Origin: Bdellovibrionales bacterium
Lineage (GTDB): Bacteria > Bdellovibrionota > Bdellovibrionia > Bdellovibrionales > JAMPXM01
Reading direction: 5' to 3'
DNA length: 64,000 nucleotides
Assembly: GCA_043739185.1 (NCBI GenBank)
Contig: JAYUEN010000332.1
Span: 112,194-176,193 of the forward strand
Shown: positions 39,666-49,446 of the stretch, one piece after another
Layout: the number at the start of each line of letters is the position of its first letter
How positions within the stretch are numbered: the first letter of the stretch is position 1
The notes under the pieces: generated by a model
The model's input: the letters and a program-made list of their open reading frames with translations, nothing else
Database searches by the model: none
Told to the model about the DNA's origin: nothing
Position numbers and translations under genes: made by a program

Positions 39666-41164
39666 TTCGAAAGCTCCTCAGCAAGTCGATCAAAAAGATT
39701 GCGGGCTTTGTCTTCGACTCCACCACCGCCATTATATATAAAGGCAAAAACCGCGGATTGCCCGCGGGACATTCCGACAAAACCAGATAGTCCAACTGTC
39801 CCATTCAACAAGCCCGTTTTGGCGCGCACCCATCCGATACGATCAAGATCTTTCATGCGCTTTTTTAAGGTGCCGTCACGACCGGCAATAGGTAATGCTG
39901 AAACATATTCGGGAAAAATTGAGAAATCACTTTGAATCAATTGTAAATAGTGTCCTAATTCAAGCGGAGAAATTTTATTTTCACGGGTAAAACCTGAGGC
40001 GTTTACAAAACGAATATCCGAACCTGTTAATCCAATTTCACTCATAAATTTATTGATCTGAACCAAACCAGTTTTCATGGTTGCGGGCGCTTCACCACTT
40101 TCAGCTGCGAGATTTTTTGCCAGCATTTCGGCGACATAATTATTTGAAAATTTGGCCATATCGGCAACAATCAAACCCAAAGCCTTACTATCCCTACTTG
40201 CAAGAAGTTTGGCATCTTTTGGGGTAGTGCCAGCTTTAACTTGGCCGCTTACTTTAATGCCCCTTTGCCTCAAAAACTCCAAAAGATTGTATGCCGACCA
40301 CAATTCAGGCTGAGTGATGCTTTTATAAATGACGGATTCATCATGACCCATCGGCATTTTTCCGGTAACGCGAATAATATCGCCTTTGAAATCTGATTTG
40401 CTCAACCGCTCAACGGCAATGGTCTTAGGTTTTGTATCACCAACTGTGGTGGTTTGATTTTCAACGCGAATATAATTATTTGCGGGATCTGCAAAAACCA
40501 GACAGGGCTCGCCAATCTTTTTTCCTGGTCGAACATAGACATTGACTGAATTCCAATTCATTGACATCGCGCCGACGGGGGCATCATAAGCTCGATCTAC
40601 TCGCGTTGATTCTCGATCTTCGCCGAATCTAATTTTATCAAAGCGATTGTCATCTACGATGATGTCGCCTTCGATTTGAACAATTTGATTGCGTGTGAAG
40701 TCATTTACTAAAGACCACATATCTTCGTTTACAAACGAAGGATCACCGCCACCCTTAAGAAATAGATCGCCTTTTAAAATTTGATCCTGAACTCCTGCTT
40801 TACTCAAAAGCTGAGTTTGAAATTTAAAACTAGGTCCGAGGATGTGAAGAGCCGCACCCAAAGTTAATAATTTACTCAGAGATGCAGGAACCATACTTTG
40901 AGATTCATTGTGACTAAATATCGTCGCGGCTCCATTGGCGCCCTGAACTCCCACCCACGCGCCCACTTCGCCTTGAGGAACGCCACCTTTTTTCATGATT
41001 TCACTTAACTTAAGATTGAGCGCTTTGTAATCATCTGAAATTTCAGCCTTGGCGCTCACTTTTGAACTCTTCGCAAACGCCTTGAAGCTACCAAAACTTA
41101 CTGAAGTAAGAATCGCCAAAAAAACAGCTCGTAGACTCAAACTAATATATTTTGCATTCACCAT
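39662..41164 (-). CDS. dacB: D-Ala-D-Ala carboxypeptidase/endopeptidase (PBP4, peptidase S13)
   Basis: PASLSK, GGGDPS, SNN, KTG; start set at ATG 41164. Confidence 0.92.
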   Translation of the reverse strand: MVNAKYISLSLRAVFLAILTSVSFGSFKAFAKSSKVSAKAEISDDYKALNLKLSEIMKKGGVPQGEVGAWVGVQGANGAATIFSHNESQSMVPASLSKLLTLGAALHILGPSFKFQTQLLSKAGVQDQILKGDLFLKGGGDPSFVNEDMWSLVNDFTRNQIVQIEGDIIVDDNRFDKIRFGEDRESTRVDRAYDAPVGAMSMNWNSVNVYVRPGKKIGEPCLVFADPANNYIRVENQTTTVGDTKPKTIAVERLSKSDFKGDIIRVTGKMPMGHDESVIYKSITQPELWSAYNLLEFLRQRGIKVSGQVKAGTTPKDAKLLASRDSKALGLIVADMAKFSNNYVAEMLAKNLAAESGEAPATMKTGLVQINKFMSEIGLTGSDIRFVNASGFTRENKISPLELGHYLQLIQSDFSIFPEYVSALPIAGRDGTLKKRMKDLDRIGWVRAKTGLLNGTVGLSGFVGMSRGQSAVFAFIYNGGGGVEDKARNLFDRLAEELSK

Positions 41165-41187
41165 TTGATAAGTATAATTTAAAACTC

Positions 41188-42714
41188 GTGACGCTGCAAA
41201 GACCAAGCTTTCATTTTCTAAAAAATCTCACCACTGCAAGTTTATTTTTAACTGCTTTCTGCAGCTGCACGCCCAAGATATCAAGCCCTAGTAACGAGGT
41301 TCGAATGATTTTGGGCTCGCCGCCGGCAAGCCTCGATCCACGTCTTGCGACAGACGCCGTCGGCATGGGCATTTCGAGTCTGGTTTTCAGCGCGCTTTTT
41401 CATCTTGATTCGCATCTTGGTCTTGTCGGAGAATTTGCTGAATCTTGGTCATTTCGCGACTTGACCTATCGATTTTCCCTTCGCCCTGGGCTGCGCTTTT
41501 CAGATCAACAGAAAGTTACCCGCGAAGACATTTTGTTTTCCTTTGCGGAGTTCATGAGCGCAAAGTCCCCATTTAGCAGCAACTTCAAAATGATCGATCA
41601 CATCGAAGCTGAGTATTCAGACACAAAACATTTTCTCAATATTAAGCTCAGTAGGTTTTCTTCCTCTTTTCTAACCGATTTGAGAGTCGTTAAAATTTTA
41701 CCAAAAAATCTGGTACTCAAAGACCCGAACTTCGCTCAGCGGCCCATCGGTAGCGGAAATTTTGTCATTACCAAAGAAGACAGCAATCTTTTACAGTTGC
41801 AAGTACGTACCGATTTAAATTTGCAAAAGCCAAATTTTAAATTTCTCAATTTGTATTTTGTTCGCGATGACTACACACGCTTTCTAAAACTACTGACTGG
41901 CGAAGTCGACATAGCTGAAAATGAAATTGATTTGCGACGAGTCAATGAATTCATTAAACGTCCGCACGAATTTGAAGTTCAAAAAAATCCAAGCCTATCA
42001 ATGGCATATATTTTAATAAATATGAAAAAAGATGTTTTTAAAAATCTGAAGTTGAGGCAAGCACTTCATTTGGCGGTAAACAGAAAAGATCTTTTAACCT
42101 ATAAATTAGAGGGCCTCGCCCTACCCGCCACCTCCTTGCTTTCGCCAATTCACCCAATGTTCAATGCTTCATTGAAAGTTCCTGATTTCAATTTGCAAGC
42201 TGCAAAGCAACTTCTCTCGGGATTGAACTTGGGCACTAAGCCCATCAGCTTTAAGAGTTCAAATGCTCCAAGTGCGGTCGAAAATGTTTCGGTAATAGTT
42301 GATCAATTTAAAAAATTAGGATTGCATTTTAAACAACAGAGTTTCGAGTGGGGCACATTTTATGCCGATATTAAGTCGGGAAATTTTGACTTGGCTCTTT
42401 CGAAATGGGTGGGACTCATTGATGCCGATATCTATCGCCAGGCTTTTCATTCTCATGAAACTCCTCCTGGACGAAATCGCGGATTTTATGCCAATCCCCA
42501 CCTAGATGAGCTTGTCGATAAAGCCCTTCAAACCCAGGATTTTGAGAAGCGGCGCGAATTTTACCTCGAAGCTCAAGAGCTCGTTTTTGCAGATCTTCCG
42601 ATTATACCAATGTGGTATGACCTCGATATTGCAATTGTGAGTCGTCGAATAAAAAACTTTCACGCTTATCCGAGTGGTGACTTTCAATTTGCCAATGAGA
42701 TTGAAAAAGATTGA
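41188..42714 (+). CDS. ABC transporter substrate-binding lipoprotein, family 5 (Opp/Dpp-like); start uncertain
   Basis: Lipobox-like FCSC, SLDP, LRPGLRFSD, PIGSGNF, LRQAL..AVNR. Confidence 0.85.
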   Translation: MTLQRPSFHFLKNLTTASLFLTAFCSCTPKISSPSNEVRMILGSPPASLDPRLATDAVGMGISSLVFSALFHLDSHLGLVGEFAESWSFRDLTYRFSLRPGLRFSDQQKVTREDILFSFAEFMSAKSPFSSNFKMIDHIEAEYSDTKHFLNIKLSRFSSSFLTDLRVVKILPKNLVLKDPNFAQRPIGSGNFVITKEDSNLLQLQVRTDLNLQKPNFKFLNLYFVRDDYTRFLKLLTGEVDIAENEIDLRRVNEFIKRPHEFEVQKNPSLSMAYILINMKKDVFKNLKLRQALHLAVNRKDLLTYKLEGLALPATSLLSPIHPMFNASLKVPDFNLQAAKQLLSGLNLGTKPISFKSSNAPSAVENVSVIVDQFKKLGLHFKQQSFEWGTFYADIKSGNFDLALSKWVGLIDADIYRQAFHSHETPPGRNRGFYANPHLDELVDKALQTQDFEKRREFYLEAQELVFADLPIIPMWYDLDIAIVSRRIKNFHAYPSGDFQFANEIEKD

Positions 42715-42735
42715 GGACAAGTGCTGCAACAGGCC

Positions 42736-43743
42736 TTACTTCGCAAGCTTGGCTTTATCAATTTCAATAGAATCTAGAGCTGAACTGGTGGTTTCTGGGG
42801 GTGAAGTCAGATCATCGACGAGTTTGACTTTGGGATAAGGACTTGCGGTGGGAAGATTATTTTTCACAATTAATTCATTTGAAATTCTCAGAGCCAATTT
42901 TTCAAGTTGTTTGAATTCGTCACTCGCACGCAATCGAAGTACCCGCGGTCGATCATTGATCAAATCGTCTACATATTTTTCAAAGGCAAAAATGGGTCCA
43001 GCCAATCTTTGAGATAAAATTCTTCCGGTTAAAAATAAAATGACACTAAAAGCGAGACTCACAACAACAAAGTTGAAAATGAAAGGAATCAGATACTGCT
43101 CAAGCAATCTCGCATTATTTCCAATTAAATCTGAAATGGTCACTTTCATAAAAGTATAAGAGTAAACCCCAGAAATAACAGAGAACCCTAAGCCGATGGC
43201 CACTAAAATCATACAATAGCGCAATTGAAATCTAAAATTGACCCATTTTACTTTTCGAGTTTCAGATTCTGGCCAAAGAATTTCACCTTCGCGCAGTAGC
43301 GCCAGTGCGATCATTCCGTAGCCAACCCACTGTAAGGCATCTGCCATATTGAAGGCCGGAGTCGATTGCTTTTGAGTACCGATAATAAGAAAGTCGACAA
43401 CGTAACCGGTGAGGATGCGATCTGTGACATTTCCTAAAATTCCACCAATTAGGATTGAAAGTCCTGCTCTTAAGGTGAGAGATTTAATTGGCATTAAAAA
43501 TTGAATGACGACAAATAAGAATAGTAAGAAGGCGCCACCGGTCGAGAAAGAAACGACCCGCAAGACTGCAGGTAAAGACGAAAATAATCCCAACATCGCG
43601 CCGTGATTGTGATGCAATGAGAGACCAAAAATTCCTAAAGACTTATATCCCTGTAGACGTTCTGCTGACATTTTGGTTAGACGATCGAGTCCCCAGGTAA
43701 AAAACAGCGGCAAAATGACTAAAAACCATTCTTTCTTATGCAC
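42736..43743 (-). CDS. lspA: Signal peptidase II domain fused to 2 TM helices and a HAMP-like domain
   Basis: DRLTK, NHGA, GGILGNVTDR, VVDF, FNMAD; extension ends SQRLAGPI...LRLRASDEFKQL. Confidence 0.8.
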   Translation of the reverse strand: MHKKEWFLVILPLFFTWGLDRLTKMSAERLQGYKSLGIFGLSLHHNHGAMLGLFSSLPAVLRVVSFSTGGAFLLFLFVVIQFLMPIKSLTLRAGLSILIGGILGNVTDRILTGYVVDFLIIGTQKQSTPAFNMADALQWVGYGMIALALLREGEILWPESETRKVKWVNFRFQLRYCMILVAIGLGFSVISGVYSYTFMKVTISDLIGNNARLLEQYLIPFIFNFVVVSLAFSVILFLTGRILSQRLAGPIFAFEKYVDDLINDRPRVLRLRASDEFKQLEKLALRISNELIVKNNLPTASPYPKVKLVDDLTSPPETTSSALDSIEIDKAKLAK

Positions 43744-43761
43744 AAGGCCTCACTTTAAATC

Positions 43762-44664
43762 TTACTTCTTAGGCTTTCTCGGCTTATGATCAACAAGTTG
43801 CTTAACGAAATTGTCATAAACAGAATCATCGCTTTGCCCTTTTCCAAATACGTCGTCAACAATCGGCTTCGGTTTAGAACCATCGGCAAGAGCCGTCTTT
43901 TGCTTAACCTCAAACTTAATACTGCCGCCACTTTCATGAGCTTCGTAAGACTTACGATTGTCGTGTTCGGCGCGAATGCGTCCTTGTAAAACGTCCATCG
44001 AGTCATGAGACACCGTCGCCTTAATTTTTTTACTGACGATGTCATATCTTTCGGTCGCGACATTTTTTGCAAGAGCTATATTTTCACCTGGTACCGACTC
44101 GACATAAATTTGAGATACGATACTTAAATTGGCATCTTCAATTCCGACGACGATACTTTTTATCTTTTCCATATTGCTTGAAAAAGTCGTGGCAATTTTC
44201 GCAGTGCCTTTTTCAAATAGCAAATTATCATTGACTTCAAACTGCACACTATTCGGACCAATTTGAACATTTTGTGCAGCATCACCTAACTCTTCAGCCA
44301 GATAAGCCATGACTACTTTTTTCATGCCCATAGCCATTAAATTTGGATGTGGCTCAATGGGTTTAATGAAATCTTGCAAAGCTTTCAAAGGATCATTGGT
44401 AATATCCAAAAATAACTTTTCAAGTGTCAACTCGACTCCGTAGTTACTAAATTCATATTCAATTACACTCGGAGTTGAAAAATAATCTGAGACCTGCTTT
44501 TTACTTTCTTCGGTCGAGCTACTGAGCAGCCACATCACCAAGAAAAAGCACATCATCGCTGTCATGAAGTCGGCAAAGGCAACCTTCCACGCACCGCCGT
44601 GGGCTCCGCCGCCCGCGATGGTAATTTTCTTAATAACAATGGTTGCGCCTTTTTTCTCAGCCAC
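43762..44664 (-). CDS. motB: Stator protein MotB-like with divergent periplasmic domain
   Basis: [21 protein letters not shown] with conserved Asp; LLFEKG; no GHTD. Confidence 0.85.
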   Translation of the reverse strand: MAEKKGATIVIKKITIAGGGAHGGAWKVAFADFMTAMMCFFLVMWLLSSSTEESKKQVSDYFSTPSVIEYEFSNYGVELTLEKLFLDITNDPLKALQDFIKPIEPHPNLMAMGMKKVVMAYLAEELGDAAQNVQIGPNSVQFEVNDNLLFEKGTAKIATTFSSNMEKIKSIVVGIEDANLSIVSQIYVESVPGENIALAKNVATERYDIVSKKIKATVSHDSMDVLQGRIRAEHDNRKSYEAHESGGSIKFEVKQKTALADGSKPKPIVDDVFGKGQSDDSVYDNFVKQLVDHKPRKPKK

Positions 44665-44667
44665 AGA

Positions 44668-45522
44668 TTACGCCGCTTTCTTTTTGACTGCTGCATCTAC
44701 TTCTTCAAAACTCGGTCGTTCGCCAGGAGCGATCGATCTACGACCAAACTCGACACAAACCGTTGGTGGCGCGCCTCTTTGTAAAGCGACCATAGAAGCT
44801 TTGATGACTTTCAAATACTGACCCTCAGCATCGATATCTTTCATCATCTTCGCAGATGTGGGTCCGATGAATCCGTAACTGAATAAAATTCCTAAAAATG
44901 TTCCGACGAGAGCGGCCGCGACTGCTTCTCCGATTGCCGCTTGACCTTGATCCAAAATTCCCATGGTATGCACAACTCCTAATACCGCAGCCACGATCCC
45001 GAGACCAGGCATCGCTTCCCCAACTGTATTTACGGCGTGTGCAGCAATGTGCTCTTCCTCATGAGCAGCCTTGATATCTTGATCTAAAAGATCGTCGACA
45101 TCGTATTGCGAAAGATCAGCTGATAAAGTGATCTTCATAGTGTCACAAAGAAAATGAACCGCATGATGGTTTTTGACAAAGGTCGGAAAGTTTTTGAAAA
45201 TGTCACTTTTTTCAGGATCTTCAATGTGTTTCTCAACTGCTTGTGGTCCATCTTTTCTGAAAAGCTGAAACAGCTGATACATCATTTGCATGAGTTCAAT
45301 ATACTCTTTTTTGCCCGGACCGCCGCCCATCCAAGCATGAATAGCTTGCTTGATGGCCAATTTTAAAACCGAAAATGGATTGGCAATGATCAAACTTCCA
45401 AAAGCCGCTCCGCAAATAATCACTAACTCGGCAGGTTGAAACAAGATATGCAGATGGGTGCCTTCCATGAGGGCGCCACCTATCACGCAAACTATTACAA
45501 TTACGGCTCCGACTGCTCCCAT
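44668..45522 (-). CDS. motA: Stator protein MotA
   Basis: QPAELVIICG, MPGLGIVAAVLG, ALVGTFLGI, EFGRRSI..ERPSF; start at ATG 45522 after GAGGTG. Confidence 0.93.
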   Translation of the reverse strand: MGAVGAVIVIVCVIGGALMEGTHLHILFQPAELVIICGAAFGSLIIANPFSVLKLAIKQAIHAWMGGGPGKKEYIELMQMMYQLFQLFRKDGPQAVEKHIEDPEKSDIFKNFPTFVKNHHAVHFLCDTMKITLSADLSQYDVDDLLDQDIKAAHEEEHIAAHAVNTVGEAMPGLGIVAAVLGVVHTMGILDQGQAAIGEAVAAALVGTFLGILFSYGFIGPTSAKMMKDIDAEGQYLKVIKASMVALQRGAPPTVCVEFGRRSIAPGERPSFEEVDAAVKKKAA

Positions 45523-45547
45523 GATTACACCTCTACTTCTAGAATCC

Positions 45548-45575
45548 CGATCGGCAATTGCGCTTTGCTTATTGA
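45548..45575 (-). promoter_or_regulatory. Candidate sigma28 (FliA)-type promoter for motAB
   Basis: Minus strand TCAA-N16-GCCGATCG, 25 nt upstream of motA. Confidence 0.45.
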
Positions 45576-45710
45576 GACATAAGGGCACATGAGTAAAAGA
45601 ATTCGACATTGGTCAAGGCATTGACTGGCTCAAAGTGAGATTTTTCAAAACTCTAGCCTAAAGTACACAATCAACTTTACAGCAAAGCCATTTGAGCCGA
45701 AGATACAGTT

Positions 45711-47582
45711 ATGAAAACAATAGGTTCTCTCTCTACATTTTTGCTTGCAGTGATTTTACCTTTAGCCTTAAGTACAATTGCCAAGGCAGAATCTGAAATC
45801 AATCAAGACCCCTTGAGTATTTTAGAAAGTCATTTCAATCCTTCTAAAGTTTCCGCCGGTGGAACTGCCGAAGTCGTTTTTAAACTTCAACTCGATAAAA
45901 ATTTTCACGCATACGCAGATCGCTTTAAGGTCAAATTTGAGAATCCAGAAGAAATTAAATTAGACAAAATCAAGATCAGCCCCTTGGTGCAATTCAAAGA
46001 TGCGGTCAGTGGCAAGCTAAAAGAAGGAATGGAAGGGAATGCCACCCTTTCAGCCCTAACTGAATTCCCCGTTGGAATGAAATCCGGAAATCTCAATGTC
46101 GATATAGCCCTCACCTACCAAGCTTGCTCGAAAGAAACCTGTCTCTTCCCAAAGACCATTCACATCAAAGTACCTTTTGAGCTTCTCGGTAGCGCAAAGC
46201 CAGCTGAGGTGACCTTGGCCGCAGCAGGGGTTAGCTCAAAAATTGAGAACTCCGGGAAAAAATCGGATCTCGAAAATGCTCTCAGCAAAGGCGTATTGTC
46301 GGCAATTCTTTTTGTCTTCGCAGTGGGTTTTTTGACTTCACTCACACCTTGTATTTATCCGATGATTCCAATTACTCTTGCGGTCTTAGGTGCCAAGAGC
46401 AAGGACCAAACAAAAGGCAAATCTTTTTTACTCAGTATCACCTACGTTTTAGGAATCGCGCTGACCTATAGTATATTGGGAGTCATTGCCGCCAGTACCG
46501 GATCGCTTTTTGGTTCAGCACTCAGCAACGTTTATGTAGTTACAGCAATAGCATTGGTTTTTGTGGTGATGGGTCTTAGTATGTATGGGCTGTTTGAACT
46601 TCAAGCACCAGCTTTTATTCGAAATCGCTTAGGATCAGGACAAACGCAGGCTGGATACGGAGGCGCCTTCGCTACCGGCTTAATTGCTGGGATCGTGGCC
46701 AGCCCTTGTATCGGTCCTGTTCTCGTCACCATCTTAGCTTATATTGCACAAACTCAAAATTTGATGCTCGGCTTTATTTTACTTTTTACTTTCGCAATGG
46801 GCATGGGAGTACTTTTCGTTGTCTTAGGAACTTTCAGTCAACTCTTCGGAAAAGTACCCAAAGCGGGCGCATGGATGGAGAGCGTAAAATTTATTTTCGG
46901 CACCACCATGGTAGGAATGGGACTCTATTATGTTGCTCCCATTTATCCGGCCTGGCTCTTTCAAGCATTGCTTGCTTTCGCACTTATTCTCCTTGCCAGT
47001 AACTTTGGTGCCTTCGATGCGAATCAGGGATTAGGTCCGGTTGGACGAATGCGAAAAGGCATTATGCTCAGTGTTTTTGTCATCGGCACCCTCTTTGCCG
47101 TCATGAGTACTCTTAATAAAATGGATGTTCATTTTTCTGGTGGAGCTGGGCAAGAATATGCATCCAATCAGAAAAACCCCAATATCAAAAAAATGAACTG
47201 GCAGACTTTCTCAAGCGAAAGTCTCGCACAAGCAGCTCAGGGTCATCGTGCAGTCATAGTCGATTTTTCTGCCGACTGGTGTGGGGCGTGTAAGGAACTT
47301 GAAAAATATACCTTCAATGACGAAAAGATCATTGATGAATCCCAACGCTTTTCACTATTACGTGTCGATGCAACTGAGGAGTCTGAAATCCTTACCAAGT
47401 TAAAGAATCAATTTAAAGTCGTTGGCCTTCCAACGATGATTTTTATTGATAGCAACGGCAAAATTATAGATAGCCTAACCTTAACAGGATTTGAAGAAGC
47501 TCCGGAGTTTTTAAAGCGTATGAAAAGCGTACAAGTTGATGCCCCACGCGAACAACAAAGATCATTGTCTTCACAAAAATGA
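45711..47582 (+). CDS. dsbD: Thiol:disulfide interchange protein DsbD
   Basis: YQACSKETC, SLTPCIYPMIP, ASPCIGP, ADWCGAC thioredoxin domain. Confidence 0.94.
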   Translation: MKTIGSLSTFLLAVILPLALSTIAKAESEINQDPLSILESHFNPSKVSAGGTAEVVFKLQLDKNFHAYADRFKVKFENPEEIKLDKIKISPLVQFKDAVSGKLKEGMEGNATLSALTEFPVGMKSGNLNVDIALTYQACSKETCLFPKTIHIKVPFELLGSAKPAEVTLAAAGVSSKIENSGKKSDLENALSKGVLSAILFVFAVGFLTSLTPCIYPMIPITLAVLGAKSKDQTKGKSFLLSITYVLGIALTYSILGVIAASTGSLFGSALSNVYVVTAIALVFVVMGLSMYGLFELQAPAFIRNRLGSGQTQAGYGGAFATGLIAGIVASPCIGPVLVTILAYIAQTQNLMLGFILLFTFAMGMGVLFVVLGTFSQLFGKVPKAGAWMESVKFIFGTTMVGMGLYYVAPIYPAWLFQALLAFALILLASNFGAFDANQGLGPVGRMRKGIMLSVFVIGTLFAVMSTLNKMDVHFSGGAGQEYASNQKNPNIKKMNWQTFSSESLAQAAQGHRAVIVDFSADWCGACKELEKYTFNDEKIIDESQRFSLLRVDATEESEILTKLKNQFKVVGLPTMIFIDSNGKIIDSLTLTGFEEAPEFLKRMKSVQVDAPREQQRSLSSQK

Positions 47583-47613
47583 AGTTCGATTTGAAAATCG
47601 GCCTTAGGGTCAC

Positions 47614-47838
47614 TTAAGAGTTCTTAACTAATTTTTCGTATGGCGGCAGATTGCTGACTTGTTTGGCTTCAGCAAGATAGGCTTCTTTTAACTTCATTGC
47701 TGCTTTCCAGTAGGACATATAAAGCTCATGGTCATCGGGATTGGGATCTTCGGACTTTAATTCCTCTATTAACAGGCTAATTTCAATATCAACCGCTTGA
47801 ATAGCCATCATGAGAGTATTGCCGTCAACTTCTGCCAT
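47614..47838 (-). CDS. Tsi2-like (T6SS Tse2 immunity) protein, orphan
   Basis: TLMMAIQAV...Y.KAA.KLKEAY...SNLPPYEKLV resembles P. aeruginosa Tsi2 as recalled (TLMVAIQCV...YDLAADDLKNAY...SGLPPYDRLI); similar length. Confidence 0.72.
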   Translation of the reverse strand: MAEVDGNTLMMAIQAVDIEISLLIEELKSEDPNPDDHELYMSYWKAAMKLKEAYLAEAKQVSNLPPYEKLVKNS

Positions 47839-47849
47839 AATAAACTGCC

Positions 47850-48335
47850 CTAAGAGCGCAAACGCGCCAATTCCCGATGCGCTTCTTCAAGTGCTGATTT
47901 AGAATTTAAAATTTGAATTTCTTGTTCTGATAAAATGCGAGTCAAGTGGGTCATTTTATTCTCAAAATTTCGCACAATTTGATTGTGCCGCGCTAATAAT
48001 TCTTCAATTTTTAAATTGATCTGTTTTTGCTCGTTTTGCTCAGAATCTCTTTCTTGCAATGATGCTTCAAGGCCATCCATTCGAATACTTAGGTCTTCGA
48101 GCATGGTTTTTAATTGCACTGCAAAATTTTCAAATTGCTTTGAGCTTTGGCCAATTTCAAGAGCTGTTTCTTTTTCAAGTTCGAGCAAATCGCCCCGCAA
48201 GGACTTGAGCTCTGCGCGTATCTCGTTTGGTACACTTAAAACGGGCGATTCTTCTGCACCAAAATCTTCAATCGAGCGACCCAACTCAGGGGATGGAGTT
48301 CGACCAAATATGATTGGGTTCAATTCACGTTTCAT
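47850..48335 (-). CDS. Hypothetical coiled-coil protein
   Basis: 161 aa, heptad-rich in E/Q/L. Confidence 0.65.
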   Translation of the reverse strand: MKRELNPIIFGRTPSPELGRSIEDFGAEESPVLSVPNEIRAELKSLRGDLLELEKETALEIGQSSKQFENFAVQLKTMLEDLSIRMDGLEASLQERDSEQNEQKQINLKIEELLARHNQIVRNFENKMTHLTRILSEQEIQILNSKSALEEAHRELARLRS

Positions 48336-48397
48336 TCATATAGGCTAGTGCAATTTTTGCCTCGCGTAAATGAGAATTTTGCGATAGGCTCTGACCC

Positions 48398-49444
48398 ATG
48401 CAAAATTCTACGGAACCAAGGTCAATTGAACAGCGAAGAAATGAAATTTCTTCAAAGTCATCTGAACTTAGTGTTAAGGCTTTCGCCCAACAAATTTATA
48501 CCTTAGATGCAAATAAAGATGCCGCGCGTCTGGCACTACTTAACTTTCTCGTAAACTTTTATGAGCCCGACGCAAAAATAGATGCATCTGTATTTACAAA
48601 TTTTTATCAACAAGCTATTGGGTTTTCATTTTGGCAAGAAAATTGGGCCCATCTCAATGCGCAGATTTTATTTTGTGCTGCTCAGTTTGAGAAAAAAAAT
48701 CCCGGATTTCAAATTCCAAAAGAGTGGTTGACCGGTGAATTTCTGCAGGCCGTTCGCATTCAAAATTCACAGAACTTAACGGCGCTCATTTATAAATTTC
48801 TAGAAAAGAACTTAAATACGGCCTCGCAATTTAAAATATTAAAAACCTCTGAGGATTTTTGGCTCGCCGTCATTTTAGACGAAAATCAAAATTTGAATAT
48901 CAAGATTTTTGGCGACACTTTTATTTTGCAAGGCTCGGATTTGCTCCCCGCCTCAAGAGACTTTCAGATCAATTACAATTCCGAGCTTCTCTTATTAGAA
49001 AATGCATATCAGCACATACCAATTGGACCGCATACCTCTGCGCGTTTTCGTATGACTGAACGCGGAGTCGTTGGACGCATTCTGCGCGGCTATACTTTTC
49101 AAAAATTTGAGGACCTTAGTGGCGGAAGCCTATCGCAATATGCGAATGTATTTTATCCTTTTAAAAAATTTGAGCAGCTTTATATCAATCTCAAAACGGA
49201 TCCCTTTTACAATGAAGTCATACAAGCTCTTGAAAAGGCTACCGACCAACTTCAAAGAGGAGATTTGAGTTTGAGTCGCACCTCCCGCCTTGTCACTCAA
49301 ACTGAAATAACACTTCATAAAGCCAAGCTCGCGATGTCGGCTATATTTCCAAATGATAAAATGCTTGGTTTACTGATCAGCAATCTTGAAAAAACTCTTG
49401 CTCTTAAAAATCTCAATGAGAGCTCTTATATGATGGATGTTTAA
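48398..49444 (+). CDS. Hypothetical protein
   Basis: 348-aa ORF ending 2 bp before rluB. Confidence 0.7.
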   Translation: MQNSTEPRSIEQRRNEISSKSSELSVKAFAQQIYTLDANKDAARLALLNFLVNFYEPDAKIDASVFTNFYQQAIGFSFWQENWAHLNAQILFCAAQFEKKNPGFQIPKEWLTGEFLQAVRIQNSQNLTALIYKFLEKNLNTASQFKILKTSEDFWLAVILDENQNLNIKIFGDTFILQGSDLLPASRDFQINYNSELLLLENAYQHIPIGPHTSARFRMTERGVVGRILRGYTFQKFEDLSGGSLSQYANVFYPFKKFEQLYINLKTDPFYNEVIQALEKATDQLQRGDLSLSRTSRLVTQTEITLHKAKLAMSAIFPNDKMLGLLISNLEKTLALKNLNESSYMMDV

Positions 49445-49446
49445 AA

